This document shows, in pieces, positions 58,221-64,000 of a DNA stretch of 64,000 bases. Location: the NCBI GenBank assembly GCA_038226155.1, contig JBBRQQ010000001.1, positions 55,548-119,547 of the forward strand, in the 5' to 3' direction. Positions within the stretch are counted from its first letter, which is position 1, and each line of letters begins with the position of its first letter. Origin of the DNA: Burkholderiales bacterium (lineage in GTDB: Bacteria > Pseudomonadota > Gammaproteobacteria > Burkholderiales > Burkholderiaceae_C). Position numbers and translations under genes: made by a program. The notes under the pieces are model-generated. The model searched no databases. It had not been told where the DNA came from and saw nothing but the letters and a program-made list of their open reading frames with translations.

Positions 58221-59143
58221 TGACTACAGCAACAGATATCCTGAAAGCCCGTGTACTGATCGTGGATGACCAGCCGGTTAACGTGATGCTGCTTGAGCAA
58301 TTGTTGGGCGAGGCGGGTTACACCAGCGTGACGTCCACCATGCAGCCACAAGAAGTGTGCCCGCTGCATGAGGCCAACCCGTACGATTTGATATTGCTGG
58401 ATTTAAAAATGCCAGGCATGGACGGCTTTCAGGTCATGCAGGGGCTCAAGGCTAGCGTCAGGCTAAGCGCTGCCAATGACTACTTGCCCGTCATTGTGCT
58501 GACAGCAGAGCCGGCCCATAAACTGCGCGCACTACAGTTTGGTGCCAGGGACTTCATCAGCAAACCGTTTGATCTTGTTGAAGTTAAAACCCGCATTCAC
58601 AACATGCTCGAAGTTCGGCTTTTGTACAAAACCATTGAAGAACACAACGCGCTGCTCCAGCAAACGGTGCGGGAGCGTACCGCCCGGCTGATACTCAGCG
58701 ATGACCTCCTTTCAGCACTTCAAAAACCAGTTTACGACTGGTATTGGGAGCAAAGCGAAACAGGTCAGTTCACCACGGTATCGGGCCCTATTCTGGATAT
58801 TGTTGGGCTTCGTGTGACGTCTTTTTTCGGCGCTCAAAGCGATGAAGAAATGTCAGGCTGGAATCCAGCTGAAAAAATGGCACTGCAACAAAAAATAGCT
58901 GCTCGGCAACCATTCAGGGATTTTGAATTCAGCCGCGGAAACGCTGACGGGTCAACCCAGCAGTTTCAGGTTAGCGGGGAACCCCTGTTTAACAGTTCGG
59001 CCGAATTTATTGGTTTTCGGGGTGTGGGGGCCGAAACTTTTCGAAACGGCAAACTGCTTGAGGCGACCTTGTCAAGCCACCATATCAACCAACTGCAACA
59101 TACCGGTCTGCCCGTGCGGCATCATGCACCGCTGGCAAATTAG
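58220..59143 (+). CDS. response regulator (REC) with a C-terminal PAS-like domain
   Basis: VLIVDDQPVN...DLILLDLKMPGMDGF...KPF REC domain, then WYWEQSETGQFTTVSG...GFRGVG PAS-like. The start overlaps the kinase stop (TGATG). Confidence 0.85.
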   Translation: MTTATDILKARVLIVDDQPVNVMLLEQLLGEAGYTSVTSTMQPQEVCPLHEANPYDLILLDLKMPGMDGFQVMQGLKASVRLSAANDYLPVIVLTAEPAHKLRALQFGARDFISKPFDLVEVKTRIHNMLEVRLLYKTIEEHNALLQQTVRERTARLILSDDLLSALQKPVYDWYWEQSETGQFTTVSGPILDIVGLRVTSFFGAQSDEEMSGWNPAEKMALQQKIAARQPFRDFEFSRGNADGSTQQFQVSGEPLFNSSAEFIGFRGVGAETFRNGKLLEATLSSHHINQLQHTGLPVRHHAPLAN

Positions 59144-59594
59144 ACCCGAGCAAGTCAACCGGTTTTCGGCCACCTAACCAAGAGTTGGGTTGGGCGAACC
59201 ATGCGGTCAGCATCCACTCGTCAAAAACATCCGTCAACTCACCCAGTATTTTGCGCGGGCCGTGCTTGAACGATAGGCTCTCAAGGTCGAATTGAAACAT
59301 CGGTACCCAGAACGCACTTCGCCACTGAAAGCTGCAGATCTCTCGAGAAGCCATGGCTCTGCCAAGGCTAGCCACATCACCCATTTTTAGGTCCTCCAGC
59401 ATCATGGCCAGTTCATCGCCCCGCACGACACCTCCTGTGCTGCGAAAGGCAGCCAGCAACGTCGCCACACCAACGCTGGTAGGGACACCGCTTATCCGGT
59501 CAAATACTTTGCTACCAGTACAGTAATCGGGCACAACACTGAGGGAATTTGACGCGGACATTGGCTGCGCCAGCGCATTCAAGGCGATGCTCAT
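59085..59594 (-). CDS. hypothetical protein with a DUF2384-like (Xre/MbcA/ParS antitoxin-type) C-terminus
   Basis: The C-terminus WFAQPNSWLGGRKPVDLLGSNLPAVHDAARADRY resembles the DUF2384 toxin-binding domain. The start is uncertain: ATG at 59594 or 59621, or GTG at 59726. Confidence 0.5.
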   Translation of the reverse strand: MSIALNALAQPMSASNSLSVVPDYCTGSKVFDRISGVPTSVGVATLLAAFRSTGGVVRGDELAMMLEDLKMGDVASLGRAMASREICSFQWRSAFWVPMFQFDLESLSFKHGPRKILGELTDVFDEWMLTAWFAQPNSWLGGRKPVDLLGSNLPAVHDAARADRYVAVG

Positions 59595-59676
59595 ATGCGC
59601 GCTTTTGCTGAAAAAAGGCATGCCGGGCTGCGCCGCAAAACCGGCATCTATTTTCTGCACTGCTTGTATCGGCAAT

Positions 59677-60072
59677 TTATGCAGAAAGTGGTGACCGTTG
59701 AGGCCGATGGCGCTGTTGCCGCTCACGCGTCAAGACGCTGTGCAATTGATCCAGTGCCTCAACACATTCCAGAACCGTCACCCTGGTTTTGTCATCGGCC
59801 TGATGAGATGCGGCAACAGACGAACACAACCTGTCATGGACAGCGTGGAACAGTTTGTCCCAGTCTTCAATAGAGATTTCTGACAGGGCGTTCATTTCAG
59901 GTGGCTGTTTTATCAATTGCTGGGCGGGCTGGATTCGCAGCATCATCATGGCCATCTCGGCCAAGCCTTCATGCTGCGGAAGAGGTTTTAAAGCAAGAGG
60001 GGTCATGGCAAAGCTTTCGTTGAGCGGGTGGTCGGTTATCGCCTGTTGTAGATCTACTTTAAAATCCCACAT
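59677..60072 (-). CDS. hypothetical 131-aa protein (helical, no recognised domain)
   Basis: ORF preceded by AAGG. The C-terminal half EDWDKLFHAVHDRL...VLECVEALDQLHSVL is predicted helical. An alternative start is at 60006. Confidence 0.45.
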   Translation of the reverse strand: MWDFKVDLQQAITDHPLNESFAMTPLALKPLPQHEGLAEMAMMMLRIQPAQQLIKQPPEMNALSEISIEDWDKLFHAVHDRLCSSVAASHQADDKTRVTVLECVEALDQLHSVLTRERQQRHRPQRSPLSA

Positions 60073-60083
60073 TTACCTTGGTC

Positions 60084-60101
60084 TGTTCGGTAACGCACAT
60101 A
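60084..60101 (-). promoter_or_regulatory. Shared 18-mer leader/operator, site 1 (reads TATGTGCGTTACCGAACA toward the 131-aa ORF)
   Basis: Exact reverse complement of 61849-61866, 12-29 nt upstream of the ATG at 60072. Confidence 0.45.
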
Positions 60102-60177
60102 CGTACAGATATTTACGAAAAATGAACGCCTGCACAGTTGTGTCATTCCCGCCTTCGCGGGAATAGCAGTAAAAATC

Positions 60178-60870
60178 TCAACCGAGGATGTTGGCGTAAT
60201 TTTTTTGGTCAGCGGCGTAGCACACGCAGGCAGCACCTTCAAGGCCGGGGCGGTCAATAACCCTGATCTTGCCCCGGCTGTATTCAATCAGCCCCTTGCG
60301 TTGCAAAGCGCCAGCAGCAGCAGTGACTCCCTCACGCCGCACACCCAGCATAAAAGCCAGAAACTCCTGGGTAACTTGAAAGCTGTCGAAATGCGAGCGG
60401 TCATGGCTCATCAACAGCCAGCGCGCCAGACGTGGCTGTATCGAGTGAAAACGCAGGCAGATAGCCGCTTCGGCAAGCTGGGCCATGAGCACGTAAAGGT
60501 AACGGTTGAGCACGCCTCTCAAGGCAGCACTGCTGGCGAGTTCGGTTTTGAAAGCCTTTGTACCAATACGCCAGGACGTGCCAGCGCCTTGCACCAGCGC
60601 ATACAGCGGTGCGGTGACCACACCCAGCGCCAGCTGCGCACCCAACATGCCTTCGCTGCCCACGATGCCAACCTCTAAGCCGGGCTTGCCCTCAATATCG
60701 GCAACCAGAGAAATAAAACCGTTAGTCGGAAAGTAAACGTAGCGTGTGGGCTTGCCCGGCTGGCAAAGCGCTTCGCTGAGCACCAGTTTGACGGGCTCGC
60801 ACAGCGCGAGAAAGCGCGTGCGGTCTTTGCGAGGCAATAGCTCGATCAAATGGTTTTCGACAGGTTTCAC
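60178..60870 (-). CDS. Crp/Fnr family transcriptional regulator
   Basis: cNMP-binding-like beta-barrel and C-terminal HTH (TQEFLAFMLGVRREGVTAAAGALQRKGLI), followed by a CVCY motif. Confidence 0.85.
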   Translation of the reverse strand: MKPVENHLIELLPRKDRTRFLALCEPVKLVLSEALCQPGKPTRYVYFPTNGFISLVADIEGKPGLEVGIVGSEGMLGAQLALGVVTAPLYALVQGAGTSWRIGTKAFKTELASSAALRGVLNRYLYVLMAQLAEAAICLRFHSIQPRLARWLLMSHDRSHFDSFQVTQEFLAFMLGVRREGVTAAAGALQRKGLIEYSRGKIRVIDRPGLEGAACVCYAADQKNYANILG

Positions 60871-61028
60871 GAGAAGCTCTCTGGTGTGCTGCTGCCCTTC
60901 AGGTTGAAGGAATGAGCCACGACCCTGCTGCTACCTGTTGCAGTCTAGATCGGTGCCGCAGTCTAACCATACACATCGCTGGCACTCTGTGCGTAAGCCC
61001 ACATAGTTACAAATGGATGCAAGATTAT

Positions 61029-61760
61029 TCAGGCCGACAATTGGTGCGGCAGCAATCTGTCGTACTCTTTTTTCACAACCGCATAGCATTCGCAGCTGCG
61101 CTTTTCAAGCCCCGCGCGGTCGAGCACAGAAATACGGCCACGGCTATATTTGATAAGCCCGGCATCTTGCAATTTGATAGCGCCTTCGGTCACGCCCTCC
61201 CGGCGCACGCCGAGCATGTTGGCGATCAACTCCTGCGTCATCGTCAGTTCGTTGCCCTGCAAGCGATCCAGACTCAGCAGCAGCCAGCGGCACAACTGCT
61301 GATCCAGCGTATGGTGCCGGTTACAGACCGCTGTTTGCGACATTTGCGTGATCAGCGCCTGGGTATAACGCAGCAGCAAATGCAATGCCGGTCCAGCGCG
61401 GTCGAACTCGTCCATCATGGTTTTGGCCGTGAGCCGAAAACCCTCCCCTCCACTTTGCACCACTGCGCGACTGGGGGTTGAGCCACCCCCCATAAACAAT
61501 GACACCCCCACCAAGCCTTCATTGCCGACAACGGCAATTTCTGCCGATGCGCCGTTTTCCATCACATAAAGCAGCGAAACAATGGCGGTGGCTGGAAAGT
61601 AGATGTGACTGAGTGTTTTGCCCGACTCATAGAGCACATGGCCGAGCGGCAGGTCCACCCATTCAAGTTTTGGCAGCCAGCGCTTCCACTCCGCATCTGG
61701 CAATGCAGCGAGCAACTGGTTTTGCTTCGGGTCAGTAGTTTTTTGTTTGGAAACGGCCAT
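61029..61760 (-). CDS. Crp/Fnr family transcriptional regulator (tandem paralogue)
   Basis: Same architecture. HTH is TQELIANMLGVRREGVTEGAIKLQDAGLI, followed by a CECY motif. Confidence 0.85.
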   Translation of the reverse strand: MAVSKQKTTDPKQNQLLAALPDAEWKRWLPKLEWVDLPLGHVLYESGKTLSHIYFPATAIVSLLYVMENGASAEIAVVGNEGLVGVSLFMGGGSTPSRAVVQSGGEGFRLTAKTMMDEFDRAGPALHLLLRYTQALITQMSQTAVCNRHHTLDQQLCRWLLLSLDRLQGNELTMTQELIANMLGVRREGVTEGAIKLQDAGLIKYSRGRISVLDRAGLEKRSCECYAVVKKEYDRLLPHQLSA

Positions 61761-61848
61761 CTCGAGATTTTTTCTGTGTCACCGACGTGGCATCAACTTT
61801 GTGACGATTTTCTTAATTTATGTATTTTAGACATTCATCGCGAATATA

Positions 61849-61866
61849 TATGTGCGTTACCGAACA
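61849..61866 (+). promoter_or_regulatory. Shared 18-mer leader/operator, site 2: TATGTGCGTTACCGAACA
   Basis: Exact inverted copy of 60084-60101, followed directly by AAGGAG. Lies upstream of the ATP-grasp gene. Confidence 0.45.
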
Positions 61867-62001
61867 AAGGAGTTTTTTAGTTACGAAATGTATGTAGGAC
61901 GCCGCCACCAATGGTGTGTTTGGCCCTCATGCGCCTTGCTTAGGCAAAGAATGCAAGCCAAACTACGAACGGTTTTTTGACCTCACCACTTCCCTAAATA
62001 G

Positions 62002-63099
62002 ATGCTTTCTGTTTGCACCGAATCTGAACCCCTGCATTGCGCGACCACAGGCGGCGCGCTGGAGCGCCTGCCCAAATGGCTGATTTGCGTACCACTGGTC
62101 TTGCAGTGGCTTTACCTTGCCTTGCGCCACGGCAGTGCCAGCCTGCCATCCTCAGCGAACCCATGCATCACCGCAGGCGGACTGGTCGGTGAAGGCAAGC
62201 GCGAGTATTTTCAAGGCATGGGTGCGCTAGCGCGTGCCGCTACAGCACCGTGGTGCGCCATCACGCCAGGGCCTGGCCGCTTGATGCAAAACATCCATGC
62301 AACCATGCAGAACGCGGGTCTGGCCTTTCCGGTGGTGGCCAAGCCCGATTTGGGCATGTGCGGTTTTGGCGTGCGGCTGATTGCCAATGCCAGCGAACTG
62401 GCCCTCTACCTCGCGGCCTTTCCGCCACTGCAGGTGGTGGTGTTGCAGGCTTACCTGGCAGATGTAGGCGAGGCGGGCATTTTTTATGCGCGGTACCCAG
62501 ACCAGGGACAAACCAAAATTCAAGGCCACATCATCGGGCTGGCGCTACGCCATTTCCCGCAAGTCACGGGGGACGGCCTGAAAACAACGGGCGAACTGAT
62601 TACTGAAAGCGCACGTACCCGGCGGCTTCTTGACACGGCTCACCACGAGTTGAGCGCAGACACCAGCGCAATCCCTCAGGCGGGGGAAGTCGTCAGGCTT
62701 GCAACCATTGGCTCAACCCGCGTCGGCGGTCTTTACACCGACGGCGGAGAGCACATCACCGCCGAACTCACGGCAGCCATTGATGCCATTGCGCGCGACA
62801 TGCCGCAGTTTCACTTCGGGCGTTTTGACGTGCGTTTCTCAAGCCTTGCAGAGCTGCGCGAAGGGCGTGGCATCAGGATCATGGAAATCAATGGTGCAGG
62901 CTCGGAAGCTATAGAGGCCTGGGACCCTGCCACGCCTTTGTTTGATGCGCTGAGCATTATTTTTGCCAAGCAAAGTTTGCTGTTTAAAATCGGCTCGGCC
63001 ATGCGCAAGCGCGGTCACCGCCCTGTCAGCCTGCGCAAGCTGGCCAGGTTGCACTTTATGCAGCAGCGGCTGCTGGATCAGTACCCGCCTTCGAATTAG
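62002..63099 (+). CDS. ATP-grasp domain-containing protein (carboxylate-amine ligase-like)
   Basis: FPVVAKPDLGMCGFGV, VVLQAYL and GRFDVRF...IRIMEINGAGSEA resemble the ATP-grasp nucleotide and Mg sites. The N-terminus has a hydrophobic stretch. Confidence 0.7.
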   Translation: MLSVCTESEPLHCATTGGALERLPKWLICVPLVLQWLYLALRHGSASLPSSANPCITAGGLVGEGKREYFQGMGALARAATAPWCAITPGPGRLMQNIHATMQNAGLAFPVVAKPDLGMCGFGVRLIANASELALYLAAFPPLQVVVLQAYLADVGEAGIFYARYPDQGQTKIQGHIIGLALRHFPQVTGDGLKTTGELITESARTRRLLDTAHHELSADTSAIPQAGEVVRLATIGSTRVGGLYTDGGEHITAELTAAIDAIARDMPQFHFGRFDVRFSSLAELREGRGIRIMEINGAGSEAIEAWDPATPLFDALSIIFAKQSLLFKIGSAMRKRGHRPVSLRKLARLHFMQQRLLDQYPPSN

Positions 63100-63324
63100 C
63101 CGGGACGCCCAAAGGCTGGCGCCCGGTCAATGAGGTGCGGCAGCAGGTAACGGCGTACCCTGCAAATGCAGCAACTTCCACGCTGCGCCGTCATGCTCCC
63201 AAACCGCCAGGTAGGTGTTGGCCACTTCACGGGGATTACCGCTGGTGGAGTTTGTCATATTCAAATTATGTTGACGGCGGGTTAAGTCAGGTGCAATGGC
63301 AGTGGCGAGGATAGCTGTTAACTT

Positions 63325-64000
63325 TCACAACGGATCTGGGGTTTGAAATGAAAAGCGCTGCAGTCGCTGCAGTACGCGCTGATCGCTATTGGTGTCCGGA
63401 GTACTCAGGTCAAGGTAGGCAAACACATAACGGTCCGGCCTTAAAAGCATGGCGTCGGCCCCGGCGCTGCGGATGATTTGTTCCAGTGTGCCATCGGCAT
63501 CGCGTATTTCGCATGCTCGCGGTGCGGGCCATGCGGGTGGATGCGAGGCCTGCGGTATGAAGTCGTCGCTCTGCGCAATCACCGCCACGTGCTTGCAGAC
63601 AAGGCCAGCAGACTCGAACGACTTCATCACGCCAGCATCGCCCTTAAGCGTCAGCAACGCAAAGCCGTGGCCCAGCACATCGTCAAGCAAGATCCGTTTA
63701 CCACCTGGTAATTCAACCAGTGGCTGAGGCAACAACTGTCCGGCTGGTACCAGCGTGGCGGCATCGTCGCCAGGCACAAAAAAACCTGCAAAAAAACGCG
63801 GCTTGGGTTTGAACTTGAGTTGCAACACATAGTCGCGTGCAGGCCAGTACAAGCTGGCCAACTTGAGCAAGCCCTGCATCAGCATCGCCGCACCTACAGA
63901 TTTGGGCTGCATGAACTGGCCGATACGTACTGCCATTTTTATCAGTGCCCAGGCGTGTGGCTTACGCTCTGCCTCGTAACTCTCAAGCAGTGCGGCAGGC
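63325..64000 (-). CDS. FAD-dependent aromatic-ring monooxygenase, C-terminal part (MhpA-like; gene runs off the window end)
   Basis: The frame stays open upstream of the track start: ...PAALLESYEAERKPHAWALIKMAVRIGQFM. The C-terminal thioredoxin-like tail reads ADAMLLRPDRYVFAY. Confidence 0.75.
   Translation of the reverse strand, partial: PAALLESYEAERKPHAWALIKMAVRIGQFMQPKSVGAAMLMQGLLKLASLYWPARDYVLQLKFKPKPRFFAGFFVPGDDAATLVPAGQLLPQPLVELPGGKRILLDDVLGHGFALLTLKGDAGVMKSFESAGLVCKHVAVIAQSDDFIPQASHPPAWPAPRACEIRDADGTLEQIIRSAGADAMLLRPDRYVFAYLDLSTPDTNSDQRVLQRLQRFSFQTPDPL

Noticed and set aside
60940-60965. Direct repeat GCAGTCTA x2 (60940-60947 and 60958-60965) upstream of the first Crp gene
   Set aside because: An 8-mer repeated once is within chance expectation for an intergenic region. 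I could see no third copy or palindromic partner.
61888-61980. 30-codon uORF as an independent gene
   Set aside because: The AAGGAG sits 15 nt from its ATG, which is too far for efficient initiation, and the composition is unremarkable. I kept it only as a note within the leader-motif finding.
63127-63258. 43-codon minus-strand ORF (MTNSTSGNPREVANTYLAVWEHDGAAWKLLHLQGTPLPAAAPH) between the ATP-grasp and monooxygenase genes
   Set aside because: It resembles only the last strand-turn of SnoaL/DUF4440-type proteins and is far too short to fold as one. At best it is a gene remnant, and there is no evidence for function.

Overview
This is a 64-kb GC-rich chromosomal segment. Protein sequences and gene order look betaproteobacterial (Burkholderiales, Comamonadaceae-like), but that placement is inference only. 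I call about 60 protein-coding genes, one tRNA-Ser(GGA), four intrinsic-terminator-like hairpins and one dispersed repeat family. Positions 1-49 kb are core housekeeping: guaB (5' end), DUF4124, rnfH-ratA opposite smpB, an enoyl-CoA hydratase-family gene, a DMT transporter, typA, the rimP-nusA-infB-rbfA-truB operon, a yejABEF-like peptide ABC importer, fabI, an SDR, a biodegradative-type Orn/Lys/Arg decarboxylase, nfeD-SPFH, DUF2237, tRNA-Ser, a LivK-like binding protein, pepA-holC, lptF-lptG, cbiX, cysB, an aminotransferase, DUF3309, hrpA, a 7TM protein with a degenerate GGDEF domain, argA, a patatin-acyltransferase pair, tex, DUF1223 and serA. Positions 49-64 kb look accessory and stress-related: SOUL haem-binding protein, a DsbG-like lipoprotein, Usp, Zn-ADH, a P-type ATPase, VIT1, a cytoplasmic PAS hybrid kinase plus REC-PAS regulator, an orphan DUF2384-like gene pair, two tandem Crp/Fnr paralogues, an ATP-grasp protein and the 3' part of an FAD monooxygenase. 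I saw no CRISPR array, transposase, integrase, prophage, biosynthetic cluster or recognisable defence system, and nothing I can defend as a complete novel system. Three observations stand out. (1) An ~40-110 nt repeat family with a covarying hairpin core has intergenic copies and also in-frame copies inside hrpA and truB, resembling Rickettsia palindromic elements. (2) Two pairs of near-identical promoter or leader motifs link transcription units within the 49-64 kb block. (3) A DUF2384-like (antitoxin-type) gene has an unknown 131-aa partner, no RES toxin, and a 59-bp convergent overlap with the response-regulator gene. All functional calls come from reading the translated ORFs. No database search was run.
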